Shown here piece by piece: positions 8,454-16,896 of a stretch of DNA of 29,916 bases. Source of the stretch: an uncultured bacterium (GTDB lineage Bacteria; Zhuqueibacterota; QNDG01; JAGLOF01); the NCBI GenBank assembly GCA_964621645.1, contig CAZUMH010000035.1, positions 1 through 29,916 of the forward strand, given 5' to 3'. Each line of letters starts with the position of its first letter. The stretch's first letter is position 1. Under the pieces are notes generated by a model that saw only the letters and a program-made list of their open reading frames with translations, was not told where the DNA came from and did not search any database. Position numbers and translations under genes: made by a program.

Positions 8454-10607
8454 ATGCTGGCAATAGTAAAAAGGATATACATCGTGAAAAATATTTTATC
8501 TTTGACAGTAGTCGCTCTATTACTTGTCTCCGGGCTACTGCAGGCGCAGATAATGCTTCCGTCTTTCATTTCCGACCATATGGTGCTGCAGCAGAAATAC
8601 GAAGCGCCGCTCTGGGGCTGGACCGAACCGGGAAAGGGGATTACTGTCAGAGTGAGCTGGATGGATGGGGACATCAGGACAACTGCGGGTGCTGAGGGGA
8701 AATGGATGGTTCGAATCCAGACTCCAACAGCTGGAGGCCCCTATACCGTCACTATCGATGATTCGGTTCTGACGGATGTGATGATCGGAGAGGTATGGAT
8801 CTGCTCCGGTCAATCCAACATGCAGTTTGCCCTGAGCCAGACGCTGAACGCCGAAGAAGAAATCGCGGCAGCCGACAATCCCGGCCTGCGTCTCTTCTCT
8901 GCCGCCCGGACCTTTTCCGATGAGCCGTTGAAAAATGTCTATGGCAAATGGGTCGCCTGCACTCCGAAGTCAGCGGAAACGTTCAGCGCCGTGGCTTACT
9001 TCTTCGGGAGAAAACTTCAGCAGGAATTGGGCCTCCCCGTCGGCCTGATTCACACCAGCTGGGGCGGAACGCCGGCTGAGGCCTGGACCCGCCTCGAGGT
9101 ATTGCAATCCCATCCCGAGCTTCAGGTCTATCTTGAGAGATTCGAGGCTCGGATCGACGCGGCCGCACCGGGGATTCTGCCCCGCAACCAGAACAGTCCT
9201 TCCAGCCTCTATAACGCCATGCTCCACCCCTTTATTCCCTATGGGATCCAGGGAGCCATCTGGTATCAGGGCGAGGCCAACCGGCTCGATGCCGATATCT
9301 ATGATATACTCTTTCCGGCTATGATTGAAAACTGGCGGAATGACTGGGGGCAGGAGGATTTCCCCTTTTATTTCGTGCAGCTGGCCCCCTTCTCGTACGC
9401 GACCCCCCTGGTCGGGGCCGCGCTCCGGGACGCTCAGCGTAAAAGCCTGAAAGTTCCCAATACCGGCATGGCGGTGACCATGGATATCGGCAACCCCGCC
9501 GATATCCATCCCAAAGATAAAAAGGATGTCGGAAAACGGCTGGCGCTCTGGGCCCTGGCAAACACCTACGGCCACTCCCAGCTTGTTTATTCCGGCCCGC
9601 TGTACCGGTCCATGAAAAAAGAAAAAAAGAGGATTCGCCTCTACTTCGATCATACCGGCAGTGGTCTCACCGCCCGGGGAGGGGAACTGACTGATTTTGA
9701 GATCGCCGGAAAGGACCGGGAATTCCTGCCGGCTAAGGCGAGGATAGAAGGCAATACCATTATTGTATCAAATGAGGCCGTGACGGATCCCTTGGCGGTC
9801 AGATACGCCTTCCATAATGCCGACGAGCCGAACCTCTTCAATGCGGAGGGTCTGCCCGCTTCTTCCTTCAGAACCGATGACTGGCCCCTTGTTACCGAGC
9901 CGGTGAACATGACCAGCTGGTACGATGCCTCCTCCGGGTTTCTGACGGTGGTGATGAAAACAGAGGATCCGGATCTGCGGATCCGCTACACGGTTGACGG
10001 CAGTCTTCCCGGCACGGTATCCAGCCTTTACACCGATACGCTGACTTTACGCGATGTGAGCGTTGTCAAGGCGCGGGCGTTCAGAGACGATTTCCCCTCG
10101 GCGGCCGTGCGGCAGATCCGCTTCAATCACCATCTGGCGACAGGCAAAAAGATCGATATCGTCCATCCTTACAGCCGCCGTTATCCGGCGGGAGGGCCTG
10201 GTGCGCTGGTGGATGGTATTGAGGGGAGCATGAACTTCAATGACGGCCGCTGGCAGGGATTCCATCAGAATAATCTGGAGGCGGTAATCGATCTCGGTGA
10301 AAGGATGAAGATAGATGCCGTTTCGATTAATTTCCTGAAAGCGGTGAATTCCTGGATATTTCTGCCGAAATCGGTGCGCTTCCTGACATCGGAGGACAGT
10401 ATCGCGTGGGAGCCTATGGGAGAGATAGTGACGGACCCCGCTCTCAATCTCAGTGGGACGGCAATAAAACAATACCTCTGTAACGGGAAAAGTATCCGGG
10501 CCCGTTACCTCAAGGTGACTGCTTACAATATCGGGGAATGCCCCGAGTGGCACCCCGGCGCCGGAGGAAAGGCCTGGCTTTTCGCCGATGAGATCGTGGT
10601 GCGGTGA
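8454..10607 (+). CDS. SASA-family sialate-O-acetylesterase-like SGNH esterase with C-terminal carbohydrate-binding (CHB_HEX_C-like and F5/8 discoidin-like) domains
   Basis: Catalytic block 'GEVWICSGQSNMQFAL' (GQSNM). The C-terminal 'RIRYTVDGSLP' region and a discoidin-like tail follow. A GTG at 8484, 8 nt after a GGA, gives a cleaner signal peptide (MKNILSLTVVALLLVSGLLQAQ) and may be the true start. Confidence 0.8.
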   Translation: MLAIVKRIYIVKNILSLTVVALLLVSGLLQAQIMLPSFISDHMVLQQKYEAPLWGWTEPGKGITVRVSWMDGDIRTTAGAEGKWMVRIQTPTAGGPYTVTIDDSVLTDVMIGEVWICSGQSNMQFALSQTLNAEEEIAAADNPGLRLFSAARTFSDEPLKNVYGKWVACTPKSAETFSAVAYFFGRKLQQELGLPVGLIHTSWGGTPAEAWTRLEVLQSHPELQVYLERFEARIDAAAPGILPRNQNSPSSLYNAMLHPFIPYGIQGAIWYQGEANRLDADIYDILFPAMIENWRNDWGQEDFPFYFVQLAPFSYATPLVGAALRDAQRKSLKVPNTGMAVTMDIGNPADIHPKDKKDVGKRLALWALANTYGHSQLVYSGPLYRSMKKEKKRIRLYFDHTGSGLTARGGELTDFEIAGKDREFLPAKARIEGNTIIVSNEAVTDPLAVRYAFHNADEPNLFNAEGLPASSFRTDDWPLVTEPVNMTSWYDASSGFLTVVMKTEDPDLRIRYTVDGSLPGTVSSLYTDTLTLRDVSVVKARAFRDDFPSAAVRQIRFNHHLATGKKIDIVHPYSRRYPAGGPGALVDGIEGSMNFNDGRWQGFHQNNLEAVIDLGERMKIDAVSINFLKAVNSWIFLPKSVRFLTSEDSIAWEPMGEIVTDPALNLSGTAIKQYLCNGKSIRARYLKVTAYNIGECPEWHPGAGGKAWLFADEIVVR

Positions 10608-10655
10608 AACAACAATACAAAATACGATAACAAATAGGAAGAAATAGGTAAGAAT

Positions 10656-11021
10656 ATGAATCCGTTTATTATTATTGTGATCAATCTGGCCCTGGTGTTT
10701 TATTCCATCGGCGTCTGGAGCGAACGTATCGAAGGCCGGCTGAAGCTGCGCCACCTGGTATTTTTCTATCTCGGGTTTATCTGTGATACCTGGGGAACCG
10801 GCATGATGTTCGAAATTGCAGAAGGGGTGAATCTGAGTTTTCACGCCATGACAGGAGTGCTCGCAATTATTCTTATGGCGCTGCATGCGGCCTGGGCCAC
10901 AGTGGTATTGGTGAAAAAGGATGAAAAACTGATCACCACTTTCCACCGCTTCAGTATTGGCGTATGGGTAATCTGGCTCATCCCCTATTCCGGTCCCATG
11001 CTGATGAGAATCCTGGCATAA
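10656..11021 (+). CDS. Small 4-TM integral membrane protein of unknown function (possibly HsmA/TIGR03987-like)
   Basis: Four hydrophobic segments and conserved-looking histidines ('FHAMTGVLAIILMALHAAWA'). The gene is nested co-directionally in the sulfatase cluster. The family assignment is from memory only. Confidence 0.55.
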   Translation: MNPFIIIVINLALVFYSIGVWSERIEGRLKLRHLVFFYLGFICDTWGTGMMFEIAEGVNLSFHAMTGVLAIILMALHAAWATVVLVKKDEKLITTFHRFSIGVWVIWLIPYSGPMLMRILA

Positions 11022-11131
11022 GCGCCGAGAATGTCGGTGTGATCCTTTCATCGAACCCTAATGCGGATTGATCGCGTACCGTAAGACGGATATCCCGGCC
11101 CGGTTTTGGATAGTGAACAAGGAGATTCTCT

Positions 11132-12640
11132 ATGAGCGATATGAAACTATTGGACAGGCGGGCATTTCTCAGGACGGGAGGCGCCGCCCTCGCCGCCTTG
11201 GCACTGTCTGATCTTTACTGTGTCCAGCCCGGTGTAAAACGGCCGAATATTGTCCTGATTCTGGCCGACGATCTGGGATACGGCGATGTCAGCTGTTACG
11301 GAGCCACCGCGGTTAAGACGCCCAATATCGACCGTCTCGCTAAAGAGGGAGTACGGTTTACCAACGGCTACTGTTCAGCGGCCACCTGCACCCCGACCCG
11401 GTTCTCACTGCTCACCGGCAAGTATGCCTTCCGGCAGCAGGGGACCGGCATCGCCCCGCCCAATGCGACGGCGATCATTCAGCCCGGTACGGTGACCCTC
11501 CCATCGCTGCTGAAAAAAGCCGGATACGCCACTGCGGTGGTCGGCAAGTGGCATTTGGGACTTGGTGAAGGAGAACAGCCGGATTGGAACGGAGAGCTGA
11601 AACCGGGACCGCTGGAAATCGGATTTGACCGCTGTTTCCTGCTGCCCACCACCAATGACCGGGTACCCAGTGTCTACGTGGAAGATCACCGCGTCCGCGA
11701 CCTCGATCCCGCCGATCCGCTCTGGGTCAGTGACAAGAACCTGGATGGACAGCCCACCGGGAAGACGATCAGGGAATCGCTGCGGATGGATTGGAGCGTC
11801 GGACACAATTGTACTGTGCAAAACGGGATCGGCCGTATCGGATTCTTCGGCGGCGGTAAAAAAGCCAGATGGCGGGATGAGGACCTCGCCGATACCTGGG
11901 TGAAAGAGGCGCTGGAGTGGCTGGAAGAACAGAAATCCAGTCCCTTTTTCCTCTATTTCGCCAGCCATGACATTCACGTCCCCCGTATGCCCAACGAGCG
12001 TTTTCAGGGCAGCACCAGCCTCGGCTACCGGGGCGATGCCATCGTGGAACTGGACTGGTGCGTCGGTCAGATCCTGGATGCTTTGGACCGGCTGCATCTG
12101 ACTGATAAAACCCTGATCATTTTCTGCAGTGATAACGGACCGGTTCTGGATGACGGGTACAGGGACGGCGCCGTGGAGAAGCTGGGCAACCACAAACCGG
12201 CGGGACCCTTCCGGGGCGGGAAATACAGCGCCTATGAAGGCGGCACCCACACGCCCTTCATCACCCGCTGGCCCGGCACCATTGCGCCGGGAACCTCCGA
12301 CAGAATGGTCTGCACCATCGACCTGGCGGCGAGTATGGCCGCGCTTACCGGACAGCAGCTGCCGGCCGGATCATGCCCGGACAGTTTCGATGTCCTTGAG
12401 GCTCTGTTGGGAAAACGAAACGCCGCCGGCAGGGATCATCTCGTGGAGCAGGGAAACGGGCTGGCGATCAGGGATAAAGATTGGAAATATATTCGTTTTC
12501 GGAACGGCAAAACCGAGCTCTACAACTGCACCGAGGATCCCGGGGAGACCACCGATCTGATTGCATTGGAAACTGCCAGAGCGGAAAATATGAGGCTGCG
12601 GCTGGAGAAAATAGAGAAGTCAGGAGCGAGCCGTTTCTGA
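11132..12640 (+). CDS. Formylglycine-dependent (Cys-type) sulfatase, Tat-exported (second copy)
   Basis: Tat motif 'DRRAFLRTGGAALAALA', sulfatase start 'NIVLILADDLGYGD' and active-site 'CTPTRFSLLTGKY'. An AAGGAG SD lies 8 nt upstream. Confidence 0.9.
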   Translation: MSDMKLLDRRAFLRTGGAALAALALSDLYCVQPGVKRPNIVLILADDLGYGDVSCYGATAVKTPNIDRLAKEGVRFTNGYCSAATCTPTRFSLLTGKYAFRQQGTGIAPPNATAIIQPGTVTLPSLLKKAGYATAVVGKWHLGLGEGEQPDWNGELKPGPLEIGFDRCFLLPTTNDRVPSVYVEDHRVRDLDPADPLWVSDKNLDGQPTGKTIRESLRMDWSVGHNCTVQNGIGRIGFFGGGKKARWRDEDLADTWVKEALEWLEEQKSSPFFLYFASHDIHVPRMPNERFQGSTSLGYRGDAIVELDWCVGQILDALDRLHLTDKTLIIFCSDNGPVLDDGYRDGAVEKLGNHKPAGPFRGGKYSAYEGGTHTPFITRWPGTIAPGTSDRMVCTIDLAASMAALTGQQLPAGSCPDSFDVLEALLGKRNAAGRDHLVEQGNGLAIRDKDWKYIRFRNGKTELYNCTEDPGETTDLIALETARAENMRLRLEKIEKSGASRF

Positions 12641-12691
12641 TATCAAAGGATAGTATTTCGAGGTTCGGGATCGATCATAGGAGGAAAAATA

Positions 12692-13702
12692 GTGAGAAGA
12701 ATTTTTACTCTTTTCGGTTTGACAGCACTGATGATTGCAGGGCTTCATTGTGCGTCAGACCAGACCCGGAATACTATTCGGGGTCCGTATCTGGGTCAGA
12801 ATATTCCCGGTGACACACCGGTCTTCTTCGCTCCTGGGATTGTCTCCACCGGATTGGATGAGTTGAATTCCGCATTCTCGCCTGACGGCAGTGAATTCTA
12901 TTTCTGTGTGAGGAATCAGCTGGGAATGGTATCCATATTTCAGATGGCCTTGGGAAAAAAGGGATGGCCGGATCCGCATCTGATGCCGTTTGCCTCACCC
13001 GACGGCGACATCGACGTAACGCTTTCGCCTGACGGGAGCACTATGCTCTTCAGCTCCCGCCGTCCGCTTCCCGGCAGCAGTGTTCCAAAACAGGATTACG
13101 ATTTCTGGATGGTGAAACGTTCCGGAAAGGAATGGGGCAATCCCATTCATCTGGGCAACGGTATCAATTCGGACAGTGAAGATTTTTATCCCATGATGAC
13201 CGGCAGCGGGACGATATATTTTTCCAGTCAGCGGGAGGGCCCGGGAACCAATAACATTTACCGCTCCCATTTGGACAATGGTGTGTACACTGCTGCGGAA
13301 AAATTGGACGAGGCGGTTAATAGCGATTACCGTGAATTTGACCCGTACGTCGCTCCAGATGAATCCTTTCTGATCTTTGCCTCCAGCCGGCCAGGTGGAT
13401 ACGGTGCTTCTGATCTTTATATCTGCTTTCAGTCCGATGACGGCAGTTGGTCGCATGCGAAAAACCTGGGAAGTCCGATCAACAGCGCCGGATCCGAGTA
13501 CTGCCCCATGATCTCGCCGGACGGGAAATACCTCTTTTTTACAGCCGCACGCCGGACCCTGCCGAAGCGGCCCGACCATCCGGCTGCATACGATGATTTC
13601 CGCGCAATCCACGATGGTCCCGGCTACCTGTTCAGTGATATCTACTGGGTCAATGCCGGCATTATCGAGCGCCTGAAGCAGGGTGTTCAGGAAAAGCCCT
13701 GA
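12692..13702 (+). CDS. Secreted PD40/TolB-like beta-propeller repeat protein
   Basis: Repeated PD40-type motifs 'SPDGSEFYF', 'SPDGSTMLFSS', 'APDESFLIFAS', 'SPDGKYLFFTA'. A GTG start at 12692 is preceded by AGGAGG with a 7-nt spacer. An N-terminal signal peptide is present. Confidence 0.75.
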   Translation: MRRIFTLFGLTALMIAGLHCASDQTRNTIRGPYLGQNIPGDTPVFFAPGIVSTGLDELNSAFSPDGSEFYFCVRNQLGMVSIFQMALGKKGWPDPHLMPFASPDGDIDVTLSPDGSTMLFSSRRPLPGSSVPKQDYDFWMVKRSGKEWGNPIHLGNGINSDSEDFYPMMTGSGTIYFSSQREGPGTNNIYRSHLDNGVYTAAEKLDEAVNSDYREFDPYVAPDESFLIFASSRPGGYGASDLYICFQSDDGSWSHAKNLGSPINSAGSEYCPMISPDGKYLFFTAARRTLPKRPDHPAAYDDFRAIHDGPGYLFSDIYWVNAGIIERLKQGVQEKP

Positions 13703-13706
13703 TCCG

Positions 13707-15620
13707 TCAATCCATTTTCCTGCTGAAATTTGTTGATCTAGAATCGGGCACAATACTGCTCTGAGTTGATTCTATTTCCCGGCCGGTCTCCTGATCGATC
13801 TTGGGATAGGTAGCGCCCAGCTGCCACCAGTACATCAACGGCCCTATCGGATTAATGTGTAACAAATTTTCACTCCAGCCGTTGAATTCGGCACCGGGGA
13901 ACGCTGCCCGCCATTCGGGCAAATCCTGCTTGCAGGCGTGCAAAGTGACCTGGTTCAGATTCTCCTTGCGGAACAGCAGGCTCGCTTCCGCTGGATAGTA
14001 TTTTGTAGATGGAGATATCCCCTCGCCCCGGACATCCTTGATCATGGGAATAGGTCCATTATCATCCTCTGTCCCGTGCCCCGCATACCAGAAAGCCCGG
14101 GCATAGGGATCGTTGAGCACAGTCTTGAAGTCGGCGATGGTCGCCTTATAGTTGGGGATAACATGGTACCCCGCATCCTCAAAATCGGACTGAGCCTCGT
14201 CAGCGGTATTGATTATAGCATTAGTATAGAAGGAAGCATCCCCTTTAATGCTCCCGATGTAGACATAGGCGTTCCATTGGTGTTCCTCGTTGCTGATATC
14301 TTCTCCGTATATTTTTGGCGGCGGTGTGTCCCTGGGATGATCCCCCTCTTCATCCCCCTTGTGACCCGGGTTCCAGAGCGGGATATCATAGGACAACGTA
14401 AGGCTGGTCAGGAAGCTGTTCATGTTGAGCTTTGCCGGATAATATCCTTCAGGATAGGGTTCATCCAGGCGGTGAACAGTGAGATAATCACCGTTCTCGA
14501 TTGGTTCCATGCTCAGCTCGCCCTCGTATTGCTCCCCGGTTTCGGTTCTCAATGTGCCGTCGAGATGTTTAAACGTTGCAAATCCGTATCCCAGGTCCAG
14601 TCCCAACTTCACGTCTTTAAGAATCGGGTATCGAAGACCAACATTGAATGAAAACCCTGTTGTGGTAGCGGAAAGCATTCCTTTGTCGGATGTCACCCAG
14701 CCGGGTGACGCCTGTTCATGGCTGTAATCGATATCCATTTTATGAAAGTCTATATTGAATCCGCCGTAAAACGTGGTTTTGTCAAGTATGTCAATGCCGC
14801 TTAAGGGCATGAAATCCAGGTGGGTTCCCAGGCTGAATGTTTTGAACCTGAAGTCGAGCTTGTCCCGGACATTATATTGAGGGTCGGGAGTGTAAGTCCA
14901 GCCCTGATTAAACTCTCTTCTGCATCCGTACGCGTAACTGCCTTCCAGGTTGAGGTTGAGCTTATCAGTGAGCTTCAACTGGGCATCGGCCCCAAAGCGG
15001 GCTCGGGAAAAATTATCGAACGATTCGGCTGATACCTGGTAATCAGGGAAGGCCATTCCCTGCTTGCGATGTGTTTCAACCGAGGTCTCTAGATCCGGGA
15101 TCGTGAGACATAGGTGCTGCCAGTCCAGGAAGGGACGCATGAGAAGCTTCGAAGCGGGCTTTTTCAACCGGATTCCGGGAAAGTTCGGCACATGCATCAG
15201 CCCTATCGGAATATCGGCCTGCTGGAACTGGACTGCCGTATTGGCCAGGGAGAGATCGCATGATTCTGGGGGATGTTCCTTGGCAAGCCATTCTATCCGA
15301 ATCGGCAGCAGCGTCTCGGGTCCGCTGAAGGTGTAATTTTTTGATGTATCGCAGAGCATGGTCCAGCCTTCCGGCAACAGCGACGGAACCGGGTTGCTAT
15401 CCCATCCCGACTTCATATCCAATGTTACTTTGCTCACCGGGTGATCGGTCTGTCCCGTGATATCAAAGCGTAAGCCGAATACATCTACATTATCGATAGT
15501 GACCTCAATAAACTTGGCTTCGACCTGGACCTGTTTATTGCCGATCTGAGCCGGGGCCCGTACAACCATAAAAAGCAGGAACACCAGAAGGCAGGTGTTT
15601 GTCCAGATTTTGCCACGCAT
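13707..15620 (-). CDS. Large secreted multidomain protein: signal peptide, secretin-like N-terminal strand motif, predicted beta-barrel region, C-terminal caspase-like (clan CD-type His-Gly ... Cys) domain
   Basis: The ORF is open to 15908, but GGAG sits 9 nt upstream of the Met of 'MRGKIWTNTCLLVFLLFMVVRAPAQ' (a signal peptide), so I start it at 15620. 'QVQVEAKFIEVTIDNVDVFGLRFD' resembles the conserved strand of secretins. The middle region has alternating amphipathic strands ('GFSFNVGLRYPILKDVKLGLDLGYGFATFK'). The C-terminus reads 'AYVYIGSIKGD ... AFWYAGHG ... (47 aa) ... VTLHACKQD', matching the beta1/His-Gly/Cys layout of the caspase/CHAT fold. Confidence 0.6.
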   Translation of the reverse strand: MRGKIWTNTCLLVFLLFMVVRAPAQIGNKQVQVEAKFIEVTIDNVDVFGLRFDITGQTDHPVSKVTLDMKSGWDSNPVPSLLPEGWTMLCDTSKNYTFSGPETLLPIRIEWLAKEHPPESCDLSLANTAVQFQQADIPIGLMHVPNFPGIRLKKPASKLLMRPFLDWQHLCLTIPDLETSVETHRKQGMAFPDYQVSAESFDNFSRARFGADAQLKLTDKLNLNLEGSYAYGCRREFNQGWTYTPDPQYNVRDKLDFRFKTFSLGTHLDFMPLSGIDILDKTTFYGGFNIDFHKMDIDYSHEQASPGWVTSDKGMLSATTTGFSFNVGLRYPILKDVKLGLDLGYGFATFKHLDGTLRTETGEQYEGELSMEPIENGDYLTVHRLDEPYPEGYYPAKLNMNSFLTSLTLSYDIPLWNPGHKGDEEGDHPRDTPPPKIYGEDISNEEHQWNAYVYIGSIKGDASFYTNAIINTADEAQSDFEDAGYHVIPNYKATIADFKTVLNDPYARAFWYAGHGTEDDNGPIPMIKDVRGEGISPSTKYYPAEASLLFRKENLNQVTLHACKQDLPEWRAAFPGAEFNGWSENLLHINPIGPLMYWWQLGATYPKIDQETGREIESTQSSIVPDSRSTNFSRKMD

Positions 15621-16125
15621 GGTATTATGCTCCATAATATTTTTATGGTATTGTATAGATAAAAATATTTGACAATCCATTCCTGCCCCTGAGAGTGGAG
15701 TAAATATGAGATAAAGGAAGTATATTTGGCTGTAACTTTCCTTGTCTCGATTAAAGCGGAGGTATATATAAAACACGGAATAGTTGGCGTATAGTTTTAG
15801 TATATTAAATAAATCGTTAATATGCAAGGAGTAACCGCAAGATTTCTCCAATCCCGCCAACCTAGCCGGAATAGAATTTGGCACCTGGGAACAGCGAAAG
15901 GAGACCACTTCATATACGATTGTCTACTGTATCTTTTTTTTATTTTTAGAGAATCACGACATTTCTGTATTTACTTGAAAATGCCTTCAATAATATCGAC
16001 GGGATGACGGGAAAAGAATATTGCGTGCGGTCAGATGGAAATTTTGCAATAAACAAAAGCATTATCGATGATTTGAAAAAAATGGCTGAATGAGAAAATC
16101 ATCCGGAGAGAAATGCGACATTTCA

Positions 16126-16896
16126 CTACAGATTTATCATTTTCTTGAATGAGGCCAAATGGCGGGCGCTTACTTCCGCCTCAATATCCCCGTTAAGGGT
16201 GAGTTTCAACCTGCCTCCGAACCACTTGCGGATCGTCTTGACGGCTTCTATGTTGATAATGCAGGACCGATGCACCCGCACGAATTTCTCCGGGTCGAGC
16301 CGTGCCTCCAGCTGTCTGAGCGTGTAGGGGATAATATGGGAAGCATCAGCTGTGTGTAAAAACGTATACTTTTCTTCAGCCTGGAAGCAGACAATATCTC
16401 CCTCCGGAATGATAATAATCTTTTCTCCCACTCGCACCGAGAAGCGCCGCAGGTATTCCTCCCGGCGGCGGATCGCCTCGAGAATTCCCCGCAATTCGAC
16501 CTGCTGGGCCTCTCCCCTTTCGAAAATCCTCGCCAGTTTCCCCAGGGCCCGATCCAGACTTTCTTCTGAGATCGGCTTGACCAGGTAATCGACTGTGTTC
16601 TCCCGGAACGCCTGCAGAGCGTACTCATCATACGCGGTGGTAAAGATGATATAGGGCGGGTCTTTAAGCTTTTCCAGAAGTTCGAATCCGCCCAGAACCG
16701 GCATGCGGATATCCAAAAAAATGACATCCGGGTTTTCTTCCTTGATGAGATCAAGGGCCTGGCGTCCGTTCTCTGCCATCCCCGCCACCTCTACGCCTGG
16801 ATAGGATGTAAGCAGCCTCTCCAGCCTCATCCGGGCCAGCCGTTCGTCATCCACCAGCAAAGCCCTGATAGTACCTTGTTGGGTCGTGCCGGACAC
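16126..16896 (-). CDS. LytTR-family response regulator (REC plus LytTR DNA-binding domain)
   Basis: REC 'RALLVDDERLARMRLERLL...DVIFLDIRMPVLGGFEL' and a C-terminal LytTR domain ('IIIIPEGDIVCFQAEEKYTFLHTADASHI...LRQLEARLDPEKFVRVHRSCIINIEAV'). The start abuts the kinase stop. Confidence 0.9.
   Translation of the reverse strand: MSGTTQQGTIRALLVDDERLARMRLERLLTSYPGVEVAGMAENGRQALDLIKEENPDVIFLDIRMPVLGGFELLEKLKDPPYIIFTTAYDEYALQAFRENTVDYLVKPISEESLDRALGKLARIFERGEAQQVELRGILEAIRRREEYLRRFSVRVGEKIIIIPEGDIVCFQAEEKYTFLHTADASHIIPYTLRQLEARLDPEKFVRVHRSCIINIEAVKTIRKWFGGRLKLTLNGDIEAEVSARHLASFKKMINL

Noticed and set aside
8708-8718. An exact tRNA T-arm-like motif GGTTCGAATCC.
   Set aside because: It lies inside the 717-aa esterase ORF in a well-supported coding frame. 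The flanking bases give only a 3-bp T-stem and no acceptor or anticodon arms. I treat it as coincidental.
11060-11100. A possible intrinsic terminator (GC-rich cccggcccgg followed by TTTT) between the small membrane gene and sulfatase 2.
   Set aside because: The GC segment cannot form a stable stem, since its only possible loop is 1 nt. The genes appear co-transcribed.
13707-15620. Calling this protein a secretin (type II/IV secretion outer-membrane channel) because of the 'VQVEAKFIEV' motif.
   Set aside because: Only one short strand motif matches. It lies at the extreme N-terminus rather than in a C-terminal secretin domain, and no N0/N1 domains or partner secretion genes are present.
15880-15900. 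A sigma54-like TGGCAC element (ttTGGCACctgggaacagc).
   Set aside because: The -12 element (TTGC) is absent at the correct spacing. Orientation relative to the neighbouring genes is also wrong.
13707-15908. The full 733-aa open frame as given in the ORF track.
   Set aside because: The first ~96 codons run through the AT-rich promoter-like region and have no SD. The internal Met at 15620 has GGAG at -9 and begins a textbook signal peptide, so I trimmed the gene to 13707-15620.
16067-16110. An 8-bp inverted repeat GATGATTT ... AAATCATC after the LytTR gene, considered as a transcription terminator.
   Set aside because: The loop is ~28 nt and no U-tract follows in the minus-strand sense. I kept it only as a possible protein-binding site in the intergenic finding.
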